Assembly (NCBI RefSeq): GCF_009914755.1
Contig: NC_060948.1
Strand: one strand, 5' to 3'
Source: the human T2T-CHM13v2.0 reference genome, Homo sapiens
DNA length: 64,000 nt
In this document: positions 40,972 to 60,318 of the stretch, in pieces
Position numbering within the stretch: the stretch's first letter is position 1
Layout: each line of letters opens with the position of its first letter
The notes under the pieces: model-generated
Database searches by the model: none
Told to the model about the DNA's origin: nothing
What the model saw: only the letters and a program-made list of their open reading frames with translations
Position numbers and translations under genes: made by a program

Positions 40972-43074
40972 AGATCCATATTTTTTAAATGAAAAAAAAT
41001 TTCAAAGGTACTCTGCTTGGTACAATAATCAAATGTATAAACTGAGGAATAAAACATAACCATGAAACCTACTTATAACTGCATATGGAAAATACAGAGG
41101 ATAATTTTTTAAATAACATATTTTGAAAGCCTTAACTAGTAATTTGAAGAGTTGGCATTTGAAAGGCCAGTATGAATATACCTTCAAAGCAGCAACACAG
41201 GTTCCCCATGAGAAAAAGCAAACACAGGGAAAATAAAAACACAAAGGTTCAATCTCTTCTGACCTTTGAAAGACACAGCACAGACAGTGGTCCTTAGGAC
41301 AAAGAGCAGGAGACCCCTAATTCCGTCACCATGGCGATAGGGCATAAACATTGCTGGGTGAGGGCACAATCCACATTGTGAGGTCCAACTGCTGCCAGGA
41401 AGACAGGAGTGCTTTTACATAGACCGAAAGGTCATTGAAGGCTCAGAGTTTTGTTTCAAGAACTGAATCCCAAGCCCACACGTTATTAGGCTGCGCTTCT
41501 TAAAACAAGTTATGAGATGGGAAAAAGGGCACCCACAAACATACGTATACATTATGTATATAATAATATAGAGTGTCATATATATAATATATATAACCTA
41601 TGTATAATATTGTTTTTACATCCTGCATCTTATGTTATATATATTGTATAAAATATAATAATTGATAATATAATTTTTATAATTATACAATATGACATAT
41701 AGTATATATTATAATTTATGACATATATAATATATGTTATGTATCATATACAGAATATATTATACGGTTAATATACGTATTAAATATAAATTATACATTA
41801 TATATATTATATATAATATATCTGTTATATATAATACCCGTTATGCATAATATATATATTATGTCTATGTTATATATAGTATAAAACAACATATAATAAT
41901 ATATAATTGTATATATAAAATGCGACATATAATATATATTATATTTTATGACATATGCAATATATATTATATATTATCTATAATACGTTGTATGTATAAT
42001 GCCTATATTAAATATATATTATATGACTATGTTATTAATTACATGTCACATGTGTTATATATTATATAATTTACATAGAATATACCGGTTACATACAATA
42101 TATACTATGTTACCTATAATGTATAATTTATTACATGTAAAATAAAGAATGCAATATATTATGTATAATTTATAATATACAATATGTGGAATGTGATATA
42201 TATAACATATAATATATGATATATGATGTACAGTATATGATATATAACATACAATATATGATTCCTAATATATATGGTATACAATATATATTTTATGATA
42301 TGTATTCTATATGTTTTATATTCTGTTATATATAACTATTTGAAATTATATATAACTGTATAATATTTTATGTAAATATGTAATATAATATATATAACTA
42401 TATAATATATTATATATAACTATATATTATGTTATATATACTTTTATAACATAATTTACATAAAATATCATAATATAATATATATTATATTATTTCATAT
42501 TACATAATATATATTACATATCACCCAATATAACTAACATACATAATATTATAATATAGATTATATTATGTTATATTAAATATCATATATATCATGTATC
42601 ATATATTCTATAATATATATTACACATTATATAATATGTATGTTGTCTATTATGTGATATACATAACTATATATATAATTATATTTTTATACATATAACT
42701 AGATAAACATGTAATTCTACATATTTTCATTTATAATATGTAGAATTATATAATCATATATAATTATTTATATTCTATAAAAATTTTATCATTATATAAA
42801 TTATAATATATAAAAATTATAATATGTACTACAAATATATATATTATATATCATATATGATATAGTACCCTTGTTATATATCATAATACATATAAATGTT
42901 TATTATATTATGTATAATTATATAATTTCATATATAAGATATATAATATGTTTCATATATTATATAAGTTATGTAATATATATAGTATATATAAGATGAC
43001 ACAGGATAAATATTATATACTATGACATATAAAATATATGAGGTTATATGTTACATATAAGGCATAGCACATAA

Positions 43075-43389
<315 letters not shown>

Positions 43390-45492
43390 AGATCCATATT
43401 TTTTAAATGAAAAAAAATTTCAAAGGTACTCTGCTTGGTACAATAATCAAATGTATAAACTGAGGAATAAAACATAACCATGAAACCTACTTATAACTGC
43501 ATATGGAAAATACAGAGGATAATTTTTTAAATAACATACTTTGAAAGCCTTAACTAGTAATTTGAAGAGTTGGCATTTGAAAGGCCAGTATGAATATACC
43601 TTCAAAGCAGCAACACAGGTTCCCCATGAGAAAAAGCAAACACAGGGAAAATAAAAACACAAAGGTTCAATCTCTTCTGACCTTTGAAAGACACAGCACA
43701 GACAGTGGTCCTTAGGACGAAGAGCAGGAGACCCCTAATTCCGTCACCATGGCGATAGGGCATAAACATTGCTGGGTGAGGGCACAATCCACATTGTGAG
43801 GTCCAACTGCTGCCAGGAAGACAGGAGTGCTTTTACATAGACCGAAAGGTCATTGAAGGCTCAGAGTTTTGTTTCAAGAACTGAATCCCAAGCCCACACG
43901 TTATTAGGCTGCGCTTCTTTAAACAAGTTATGAGATGGGAAAAAGGGCACCCACAAACATACGTATACATTATGTATATAATAATATACAGTATCATATA
44001 TATAATATATATAACCTATGTATAATATTGTTTTACATCCTGCATCTTATGTTATATATATTGTATAAAATATAATAATTGATAATATATAAGTTTTATA
44101 ATTATACAATATGACATATAGTATATATTATAAATTATGACATATATAATATATGTTATATGTCATATATAGAATATATTATACGGTTAACATACGTATT
44201 AAATATAAATTATACATTATATATATTATATATAATATATCTGTTATATATAATACCCATTATGCATAATATATATATTATGTCTATGTTATATATAGTA
44301 TAAAACAACATATAATAATATATAATTGTATATATAAAATGCGACATATAATATATATTATATTTTATGACATATGTAATATATATTATATAGTATATAT
44401 AATACGTTGTATGTATAATACCTATATTAAATATATATTATATGACTATGTTATTAATTACATGTCACATGTGTTATATATTATTTATTTTACATAGAAT
44501 ATACCGGTTACATACAATATATACTATGTTACCTATAATGTATAATTTATTACATGTAAAATAAAGAATGCAATATATTATGTATAATTTATAATATACC
44601 ATATGTGGAATGTGATATATATAACATATAATATATGATATATGATATACAGTATATGATATATAACATACAATATATGATTCCTAATATATATGGTATA
44701 CTATATATATTTTATGATATGTATTCTATATGTTTTATATTCTGTTATATATAACTATTTGAAATTATATATAACTGTATAATATTTTATGTAAATATGT
44801 AATATAATATATATAACTATAATATATTATATATAACTATATATTATGTTATATATACTTTTATAACATAATTTACCTAAAATATCATAATATAATATAT
44901 ATTATATTATTTCATATTACATAATATATATTACATATCACCCAATATAACTAACATACATAATATTATAATATAGATTATATTGTATTATATTAAATAT
45001 CATATATATCATGTATCATATATTCTATAATATATATTACACATTATATAATATGTATGTTGTCTATTATGTGATATATATAACTATATATATAATTATA
45101 TTTTTATACATATAACTAGATAAACATGTAATTCTACATATTTTCATTTATAATATGTAGAATTATATAATCATATATAAATATTTATATTCTATAAAAA
45201 ATTTTATCTTTATATAAATTATAATATATAAAAATTATAATATGTACTTCAAATATATATATTATATATCATATATGCTATAGTACCTTTGTTATATATC
45301 ATAATACATATAAATGTGTATTATGTTATCTATAATTATATAATTTCATATATAAGTTGTATAATATGTATCATATATTATATATGTTATGTAATATATA
45401 TAGTATATATAAGATGACACAGGATAAATATTATATACTATGACATATAAAATATATGAGGTTATATGTTACATATAAGGCATAGCACATAA

Positions 45493-45807
<315 letters not shown>

Positions 45808-47905
45808 AGATCCATATTTTTTAAATGAAAAAAAATTTCAAAGGTACTCTGCTTGGTATAATAATCAAATGTATAAACTGAGGAATAAAACATAACCATG
45901 AAACCTACTTATAACTGCATATGGAAAATACAGAGGATAATTTTTTAAATAACAAATTTTGAAAGCCTTAACTAGTAATTTGAAGAGCTGGCATTTGAAA
46001 GGCCAGTATGAATATACCTTCAAAGCAGCAACACAGGTTCCCCATGAGAAAAAGCAAACACAGGGAAAGTAAAAACACAAAGGTTCAATCTCTTCTGACC
46101 TTTGAAAGACACAGCACAGACAGTGGTCCTTAGGACGAAGAGCAGGAGACCCCTAATTCCGTCACCATGGCGATAGGGCATAAACATTGCTGGGTGAGGG
46201 CACAATCCACATTGTGAGGTCCAACTGCTGCCAGGAAGACAGGAGTGCTTTTACATAGACCGAAAGGTCATTGAAGGCTCAGAGTTTTGTTTCAAGAACT
46301 GAATCCCAAGCCCACACGTTATTAGGCTGCGCTTCTTAAAACAAGTTATGAGATGGGAAAAAGGGCACCCACAAACATACGTATACATTATGTATATAAT
46401 AATATAGAGTGTCATATATATAATATATATAACCTATGTATAATATTGTTTTACATCCTGCATCTTATGTTATATATATTGTATAAAATATAATAATTGA
46501 TAATATATAAGTTTTATATTTATACAATATGACATATAGTATATATTATACTTTATGACATATATAATATATGTTATATATCATATATAGAATATATTAT
46601 ACGGTTAATATACGTATTAAATATAAATTATACATTATATATATTATATATAATATATCTGTTATATATAATACCCATTATGCATAATATATATATTATG
46701 TCTATGTTATATATAGTATAAAACAACATATAATAATATATAATTGTATATATAAAATGCGACATATAATATATATTATATTTTATAACATATGTAATAT
46801 ATATTATATATAATACGTTGTATGTATAATACCTATATTAAATATATATTATATGACTATGTTATTAATTACATGACACATGTGTTATATATTATATATT
46901 TTACATAGAATATACCGGTTACATACAATATATACTATGTTACCTATAATGTATAATTTTTTACATGTAAAATAAAGAATGCAATATATTATGTAAAATT
47001 TATAATATACCATATTTGGAATGTGATATATATAAAATATAATATATGATATATGATATACAGTATATGATATATAACATACAATATATGATTCCTAATA
47101 TATATGGTATACAATATATATTTTATGATATGTATTCTATATGTTTTATATTCTGTTATATATAACTATTTGAAATTATATATAACTGTATAATATTTTA
47201 TGTAAATATGTAATATAATATATATAACTATATAATATATTATATATAACTATATATAATGTTATATATACTTTTATAACATAATTTACATAAAATATCA
47301 TAATATAATATATATTATATTATTTCATATTACATAATATATATTACATATCACCCAATATAACTAACATACATAATATTATAATATAGATTATATTGTG
47401 TTATATTAAATATCATATATATCATGTATCATATATTCTATAATATATATTACACATTATATATTATGTATGTTGTCTATTATGTGATATATATAACTAT
47501 ATATATAATTATATTTTTATACATATAACTAGATAAACATGTAATTCTACATATTTTCATTTATAATATGTAGAATTATATAATCATATATAATTATTTA
47601 TATTCTATAAAAAATTTTATCATTATATAAATTATAATATATAAAAATTATAATATGTACTACAAATATATATATTATATATCATATATGCAATAGTACC
47701 TTTGTTATATATCATAATACATATAAATGTGTATTATGTTATCTATAATTATATAATTTCATATATAAGTTGTATAATATGTAACATATATTATATATGT
47801 TATGTAATATATATAGTATATATAAGATGACACAGGATAAATATTATATACTATGACATATAAAATATATGAGGTTATATGTTACATATAAGGCATAGCA
47901 CATAA

Positions 47906-48220
<315 letters not shown>

Positions 48221-50347
48221 AGATCCATATTCTTTAAATGAAAAAAAATTTCAAAGGTACTCTGCTTGGTACAATAATCAAATGTATAAACTGAGGAATA
48301 AAACATAACCATGAAACCTACTTATAACTGCATATGGAAAATACAGAGGATAATTTTTTAAATAACATATTTTGAAAGCCTTAACTAGTAATTTGAAGAG
48401 CTGGCATTTGAAAGGCCAGTATGAATATACCTTCAAAGCAGCAACACAGGTTCCCCATGAGAAAAAGCAAACACCGGGAAAGTAAAAACACAAAGGTTCA
48501 ATCTCTTCTGACCTTTGAAAGACACAGCACAGACAGTGGTCCTTAGGACGAAGAGCAGGAGACCCCTAATTCCGTCACCATGGCGATAGGGCATAAACAT
48601 TGCTGGGTGAGGGCACAATCCACATTGTGAGGTCCAACTGCTGCCAGGAAGACAGGAGTGCTTTTACATAGACCGAAAGGTCATTGAAGGCTCAGAGTTT
48701 TGTTTCAAGAACTGAATCCCAAGCCCACACGTTATTAGGCTGCGCTTCTTAAAACAAGTTATGAGATGGGAAAAAGGGCACCCACAAACATACGTATACA
48801 TTATGTATATAATAATATACAGTATCATATATATAATATATATAACCTATGTATAATATTGTTTTACATCCTGCATCTTATGTTATATATATTGTATAAA
48901 ATATAATAATTGATAATATATAAGTTTTATAATTATACAATAAGACATATAGTATATATTATAATTTATGACATATGTATTATATGTTATATCTCATATA
49001 TAGATTATATTATACGGTTAACATACGTATTAAAAATAAATTATACATTATATATATTATATATAATATATCTGTTATTTATGATACCCATTATGCATAA
49101 TATATATATTATGTCTATGTTATATATAGTATAAAACAACATATAATAATATATAATTGTATATATAAAATGCGACATATAATATATATTATATTTTATA
49201 ACATATGTAATATATATTATATATTATATATAATATGTTGTATGTATAATACCTATATTAAATATATATTATATGACTATGTTATTAATTACATGTCACA
49301 TGTGTTATATATTATATATTTTACATAGAATATACCGGTTACATACAACATATACTATGTTACCTATAATGTATAATTTATTACATGTAAAATAAAGAAT
49401 GCAATATATTATGTATAATTTATAATATACCATATGTGGAATGTGATATATATAACATATAATATATGATATATGATATACAGTATATGATATATAACAT
49501 ACAATATATGATTCCTAATATATATGGTATACAATATATATTTTATGATATGTATTCTATATGTTTTATATTCTGTTATATATAACTATTTGAAATTATA
49601 TATAACTGTATAATATTTTATGTAAATATGTAATATAATATATATAATATATAATATATTATATATAACTATATATTATGCTATATATACTTTTATAACA
49701 TAATTTACATAAAATATCATAATATAATATATATTATATTATTTCATATTACATAATATATATTACATATCACCCAATATAACTAACATACATAATATTA
49801 TAATATAGATTATATTGTGTTATATTAAATATCATATATATCATGTATCATATATTCTATAATATATATTACACATTATATAATATGTATGTTGTCTATT
49901 ATGTGATATATATAACTATATATATAATTATATTTTTATACATATAACTAGATAAACATGTAATTCTACATATTTTCATTTATAATATGTAGAATTATAT
50001 AATCATATATAATTATTTATATTCTATAAAAAATTTTATCATTATATAAATTATAATATATAAAAATTATAATATGTACTACAAATATATATATTATATA
50101 TCATATATGATATAGTACCTTTGTTATATATCATAATACATATAAATGTGTATTATGTTATCTATAATTATATAATTTCATATATAAGATGTATAATATG
50201 TATCATATATTATATATGTTATGTAATATATATAGTATATATAAGATGACACAGGATAAATATTATATACTATGACATATAAAATATATGAGGTTATATG
50301 TTACATATAAGGCATAGCACATAACATGTAATATATATCATATATAA

Positions 50348-50639
50348 TTTTTTTTTAGACAGAATCTTGTCCTGTTGCACAGGGAGGGGTACAATGGCGC
50401 CATCTTTGCTCACTGCAACTTCTGCCTCACGGGTCCAAGCGATTGTCCTCCCTCAGCCTCCCAGGTAGCTGGGACTACACCACACTGGGACTACACCAGC
50501 TGCCACCATGCCTAGCTAATTTTTTGGATTTTTAGTAGTGACAGCGTTTCACTGTATTGGCCAGGATGGTCTTGATCTCTTCACCTTGTGATCCCCTTGC
50601 CTTGGCCTCCAAATTTGCTGGGATTACAGGCCTGAGCCA
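50348..50639 (-). mobile_element. Diverged Alu, U21
   Basis: Copy of the U1 Alu. Confidence 0.95.
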
Positions 50640-52744
50640 AGATCCATATTTTTTAAATGAAAAAAAATTTCAAAGGTACTCTGCTTGGTACAATAATCAA
50701 ATGTATAAACTGAGGAATAAAACATAACCATGAAACCTACTTATAACTGCATATGGAAAATACAGAGGATAATTTTTTAAATAACATACTTTGAAAGCCT
50801 TAACTAGTAATTTGAAGAGTTGGCATTTGAAAGGCCAGTATGAATATACCTTCAAAGCAGCAACACAGGTTCCCCATGAGAAAAAGCAAACACAGGGAAA
50901 ATAAAAACACAAAGGTTCAATCTCTTCTGACCTTTGAAAGACACAGCACAGACAGTGGTCCTTAGGACGAAGAGCAGGAGACCCCTAATTCCGTCACCAT
51001 GGCGATAGGGCATAAACATTGCTGGGTGAGGGCACAATCCACATTGTGAGGTCCAACTGCTGCCAGGAAGACAGGAGTGCTTTTACATAGACCGAAAGGT
51101 CATTGAAGGCTCAGAGTTTTGTTTCAAGAACTGAATCCCAAGCCCACACGTTATTAGGCTGCGCTTCTTAAAACAAGTTATGAGATGGGAAAAAGGGCAC
51201 CCACAAACATACGTATACATTATGTATATAATAATATACAGTATCATATATATAATATATATAACCTATGTATAATATTGTTTTACATCCTGCATCTTAT
51301 GTTATATATATTGTATAAAATATAATAATTGATAATATATAAGTTTTATAATTATACAATATGACATATAGTATATATTATAATTTATGACATATATAAT
51401 ATATGTTATATGTCATATATAGAATATATTATACGGTTAACATACGTATTAAATATAAATTATACATTATATATATTATATATAATATATCTGTTATATA
51501 TAATACCCATTATGCATAATATATATATTATGTCTATGTTATATATAGTATAAAACAACATATAATAATATATAATTGTATATATAAAATGCGACATATA
51601 ATATATATTATATTTTATAACATATGTAATATATATTATATATTATATATAATACGTTGTATGTATAATACCTATATTAAATATATATTATATGACTATG
51701 TTATTAATTACATGTCACATGTGTTATATATTATATATTTTACATAGAATATACCGGTTACATACAATATATACTATGTTACCTATAATGTATAATTTAT
51801 TACCTGTAAAATAAAGAATGCAATATATTATGTATAATTTATAATATACAATATGTGGAATGTGATATATGTAACATATAATATATGATATATGATATAC
51901 AGTATATGATATATAACATACAATATATGATTCCTAATATATATGGTATACAATATATATTTTATGATATGTATTCTATATGTTTTATATTCTGTTATAT
52001 ATAACTATTTGAAATTATATATAACTGTATAATATTTTATGTAAATATGTAATATAATATATATAACTATATAATATATTATATATAACTATATATTATG
52101 TTATATATACTTTTATAACATAATTTACATAAAATATCATAATATAATATATATTATATTATTTCATATTACATAATATATATTACATATCACCCAATAT
52201 AACTAACATACATAATATTATAATATAGATTATATTGTGTTATATTAAATATCATATATATCATGTATCATATATTCTATAATATATATTACACATTATA
52301 TAATATGTATGTTGTCTATTATGTGATATATATAACTATATATATAATTATATTTTTATACATATAACTGGATAAACATGTAATTCTACATATTTTCATT
52401 TATAATATGTAGAATTATATAATCATATATAATTTTTTATATTCTATAAAAAATTTTATCATTTTATAAATTATAATATATAAAAATTATAATATGTACT
52501 ACAAATATATATATTATATATCATATATGATATAGTACCTTTGTTATATATCATAATACATATAAATGTGTATTATGTTATCTATAATTATATAATTTCA
52601 TATATAAGATGTATAATATGTATCATATATTATATATGTTATGTAATATATATAGTATATATAAGATGACACAGGATAAATATTATATACTATGACATAT
52701 AAAATATATGAGGTTATATGTTACATATAAGGCATAGCACATAA

Positions 52745-53059
<315 letters not shown>

Positions 53060-55164
53060 AGATCCATATTTTTTAAATGAAAAAAAATTTCAAAGGTACT
53101 CTGCTTGGTACAATAATCAAATGTATAAACTGAGGAATAAAACATAACCATGAAACCTACTTATAACTGCATATGGAAAATACAGAGGATAATTTTTTAA
53201 ATAACATATTTTGAAAGCCTTAACTAGTAATTTGAAGAGTTGGCATTTGAAAGGCCAGTATGAATATACCTTCAAAGCAGCAACACAGGTTCCCCATGAG
53301 AAAAAGCAAACACAGGGAAAATAAAAACACAAAGGTTCAATCTCTTCTGACCTTTGAAAGACACAGCACAGACAGTGGTCCTTAGGACGAAGAGCAGGAG
53401 ACCCCTAATTCCGTCACCATGGCGATAGGGCATAAACATTGCTGGGTGAGGGCACAATCCACATTGTGAGGTCCAACTGCTGCCAGGAAGACAGGAGTGC
53501 TTTTACATAGACCGAAAGGTCATTGAAGGCTCAGAGTTTTGTTTCAAGAACTGAATCCCAAGCCCACACGTTATTAGGCTGCGCTTCTTAAAACAAGTTA
53601 TGAGATGGGAAAAAGGGCACCCACAAACATACGTATACATTATGTATATAATAATATACAGTGTCATATATATAATATATATAACCTATGTATAATATTG
53701 TTTTACATCCTGCATCTTATGTTATATATATTGTATAAAATATAATAATTGATAATATATAAGTTTTATAATTATACAATAAGACATATAGTATATATTA
53801 TAATTTATGACATATGTAATATATGTTATATCTCATATATAGATTATATTATACGGTTAACATACGTATTAAAAATAAATTATACATTATATATATTATA
53901 TATAATATATCTGTTATATATAATACCCATTATGCATAATATATATATTATGTCTATGTTATATATAGTATAAAACAACATATAATAATATATAATTGTA
54001 TATATAAAATGCGACATATAATATATATTATATTTTATAACATATGTAATATATATTATATATTATATATAATATGTTGTATGTATAATACCTATATTAA
54101 ATATATATTATATGACTATGTTATTAATTACATGTCACATGTGTTATATATTATATATTTTACATAGAATATACCGGTTACATACAACATATACTATGTT
54201 ACCTATAATGTATAATTTATTACATGTAAAATAAAGAATGCAATATATTATGTATAATTTATAATATACCATATGTGGAATGTGATATATATAACATATA
54301 ATATATGATATATGATATACAGTATATGATATATAACATACAATATATGATTCCTAATATATATGGTATACAATATATATTTTATGATATGTATTCTATA
54401 TGTTTTATATTCTGTTATATATAACTATTTGAAATTATATATAACTGTATAATATTTTATGTAAATATGTAATATAATATATATAACTATATAATATATT
54501 ATATATAACTATATATTATATTATATATACTTTTATAACATAATTTACAGAAAATATCATAATATAATATATATTATATTATTTCATATTATATAATACA
54601 TATTACATATCACCCAATATAACTAACATACATAATATTATAATATAGATTATATTATGTTATATTAAATATCATATATATCATGTATCATATATTCTAT
54701 AATATATATTACACATTATATAATATGTATGTTGTCTATTATGTGATATATATAACTATATATATAATTATATTTTTATACATATAACTAGATAAACCTG
54801 TAATTCTACATATTTTCACTTATAATATGTAGAATTATATAATCATATATAATTATTTATATTCTATAAAAAATTTTACCATTATATAAATTATAATATA
54901 TAAAAATTATAATATGTACTACACATATATATATTATATATCATATATGCTATAGTACCTTTGTTATATATCATAATACATATAAATGTGTATTATGTTA
55001 TCTATAATTATATAATTTCATATATAAGTTGTATAATATGTATCATATATTATATATGTTATGTAATATATATAGTATATATAAGATGACACAGGATAAA
55101 TATTATATACTATGACATATAAAATATATGAGGTTATATGTTACATATAAGGCATAGCACATAA

Positions 55165-55479
<315 letters not shown>

Positions 55480-57583
55480 AGATCCATATTTTTTAAATGA
55501 AAAGAAATTTCAAAGGTACTCTGCTTGGTACAATAATCAAATGTATAAACTGAGGAATAAAACATAACCATGAAACCTACTTATAACTGCATATGGAAAA
55601 TACAGAGGATAATTTTTTAAATAACATATTTTGAAAGCCTTAACTAGTAATTTGAAGAGTTGGCATTTGAAAGGCCAGTATGAATATACCTTCAAAGCAG
55701 CAACACAGGTTCCCCATGAGAAAAAGCAAACACAGGGAAAATAAAAACACAAAGGTTCAATCTCTTCTGACCTTTGAAAGACACAGCACAGACAGTGGTC
55801 CTTAGGACGAAGAGCAGGAGACCCCTAATTCCGTCACCATGGCGATAGGGCATAAACATTGCTGGGTGAGGGCACAATCCACATTGTGAGGTCCAACTGC
55901 TGCCAGGAAGACAGGAGTGCTTTTACATAGACCGAAAGGTCATTGAAGGCTCAGAGTTTTGTTTCAAGAACTGAATCCCAAGCCCACACGTTATTAGGCT
56001 GCGCTTCTTAAAACAAGTTATGAGATGGGAAAAAGGGCACCCACAAACATACGTATACATTATGTATATAATAATATACAGTATCATATATATAATATAT
56101 ATAACCTATGTATAATATTGTTTTACATCCTGCATCTTATGTTATATATATTGTATAAAATATAATAATTGATAATATATAAGTTTTATAATTATACAAT
56201 ATGACATATAGTATATATTATAATTTATGACATATATAATATATGTTATATGTCATATATAGAATATATTATACGGTTAAAATACGTATTAAATATAAAT
56301 TATACATTATATATATTATATATAATATATCTGTTATATATAATACCCATTATGCTTAATATATATATTATGTCTATGTTATATATAGTATAAAACAACA
56401 TATAATAATATATAATTGTATATATAAAATGCGACATATAATATATATTATATTTTATAACATATGTAATATATATTATATATTATATATAATACGTTGT
56501 ATGTATAATACCTATATTAAATATATATTATATGACTATGTTATTAATTACATGTCACATGTGTTATATATTATATATTTTACATAGAATATACCGGTTG
56601 CATACAATATATACTATGTTACCTATAATGTATAATTTATTACCTGTAAAATAAAGATTGCAATATATTATGTAAAATTTATAATATACCATATGTGGAA
56701 TGTCATATATATAACATATAATATATGATATATGATATACAGTATGTGATATATAACATACAATATATGATTCCTAATATATATGGTATACAATATATAT
56801 TTTATGATATGTATTCTATATGTTTTATATTCTGTTATATATAACTATTTGAAATTATATATAACTGTATAATATTTTATGTAAATATGTAATATAATAT
56901 ATATAATATATAATATATTATATATAACTATATATTATGCTATATATACTTTTATAACATAATTTACATAAAATATCATAATATAATATATATTATATTA
57001 TTTCATATTACATAATATATATTACATATCACCCAATATAACTAACATACATAATATTATAATATAGATTATATTGTGTTATATTAAATATCATATATAT
57101 CATGTATCATATATTCTATAATATATATTACACATTATATAATATGTATGTTGTCTATTATGTGATATATATAACTATATATATAATTATATTTTTATAC
57201 ATATAACTAGATAAACATGTAATTCTACATATTTTCATTTATAATATGTAGAAGTATATAATCATATATAATTATTTATATTCTATAAAAAATTTTATCA
57301 TTATACAAATTATAATATATAAAAATTATAATATGTACTACAAATATATATATTATATATCATATATGATATAGTACCTTTGTTATATATCATAATACAT
57401 ATAAATGTGTATTATGTTATCTATAATTATATAATTTCATATATAAGATGTATAATATGTATCATATATTATATATGTTATGTAATATATATAGTATATA
57501 TAAGATGACACAGGATAAATATTATATACTATGACATATAAAATATATGAGGTTATATGTTACATATAAGGCATAGCACATAA

Positions 57584-57898
<315 letters not shown>

Positions 57899-60003
57899 AG
57901 ATCCATATTTTTTAAATGAAAAAAAATTTCAAAGGTACTCTGCTTGGTACAATAATCAAATGTATAAACTGAGGAATAAAACATAACCATGAAACCTACT
58001 TATAACTGCATATGGAAAATACAGAGGATAATTTTTTAAATAACATATTTTGAAAGCCTTAACTAGTAATTTGAAGAGTTGGCATTTGAAAGGCCAGTAT
58101 GAATATACCTTCAAAGCAGCAACACAGGTTCCCCATGAGAAAAAGCAAACACAGGGAAAATAAAAACACAAAGGTTCAATCTCTTCTGACCTTTGAAAGA
58201 CACAGCACAGACAGTGGTCCTTAGGACGAAGAGCAGGAGACCCCTAATTCCGTCACCATGGCGATAGGGCATAAACATTGCTGGGTGAGGGCACAATCCA
58301 CATTGTGAGGTCCAACTGCTGCCAGGAAGACAGGAGTGCTTTTACATAGACCGAAAGGTCATTGAAGGCTCAGAGTTTTGTTTCAAGAACTGAATCCCAA
58401 GCCCACACGTTATTAGGCTGCGCTTCTTAAAACAAGTTATGAGATGGGAAAAAGGGCACCCACAAACATACGTATACATTATGTATATAATAATATACAG
58501 TCTCATATATATAATATATATAACCTATGTATAATATTGTTTTACATCCTGCATCTTATGTTATATATATTGTATAAAATATAATAATTGATAATATATA
58601 AGTTTTATAATTATACAATAAGACATATAGTATATATTATAATTTATGACATATGTAATATATGTTATATCTCATATATAGATTATATTATACGGTTAAC
58701 ATACGTATTAAAAATAAATTATACATTATATATATTATATATAATATATCTGTTATATATAATACCCATTATGCATAATATATATATTATGTCTATGTTA
58801 TATATAGTATAAAACAACATATAATAATATATAATTGTATATATAAAATGCGACATATAATATATATTATATTTTATAACATATGTAATATATATTATAT
58901 ATTATATATAATATGTTGTATGTATAATACCTATATTAAATATATATTATATGACTATGTTATTAATTACATGTCACATGTGTTATATATTATATATTTT
59001 ACATAGAATATACCGGTTACATACAACATATACTATGTTACCTATAATGTATAATTTATTACATGTAAAATAAAGAATGCAATATATTATGTATAATTTA
59101 TAATATACCATATGTGGAATGTGATATATATAACATATAATATATGATATATGATATACAGTATATGATATATAACATACAATATATGATTCCTAATATA
59201 TATGGTATACAATATATATTTTATGATATGTATTCTATATGTTTTATATTCTGTTATATATAACTATTTGAAATTATATATAACTGTATAATATTTTATG
59301 TAAATATGTAATATAATATATATAACTATATAATATATTATATATAACTATATATTATATTATATATACTTTTATAACATAATTTACATAAAATATCATA
59401 ATATAATATATATTATATTATTTCATATTATATAATACATATTACATATCACCCAATATAACTAACATACATAATATTATAATATAGATTATATTATGTT
59501 ATATTAAATATCATATATATCATGTATCATATATTCTATAATATATATTACACATTATATAATATGTATGTTGTCTATTATGTGATATATATAACTATAT
59601 ATATAATTATATTTTTATACATATAACTAGATAAACCTGTAATTCTACATATTTTCACTTATAATATGTAGAATTATATAATCATATATAATTATTTATA
59701 TTCTATAAAAAATTTTACCATTATATAAATTATAATATATAAAAATTATAATATGTACTACACATATATATATTATATATCATATATGCTATAGTACCTT
59801 TGTTATATATCATAATACATATAAATGTGTATTATGTTATCTATAATTATATAATTTCATATATAAGTTGTATAATATGTATCATATATTATATATGTTA
59901 TGTAATATATATAGTATATATAAGATGACACAGGATAAATATTATATACTATGACATATAAAATATATGAGGTTATATGTTACATATAAGGCATAGCACA
60001 TAA

Positions 60004-60318
<315 letters not shown>

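Noticed and set aside
48910-49134. 74-aa I/Y-rich plus-strand ORF (also 53749 and 58588)
   Set aside because: Translation of TA-rich low-complexity DNA in which stops were removed by chance variants; used only as a haplotype marker.
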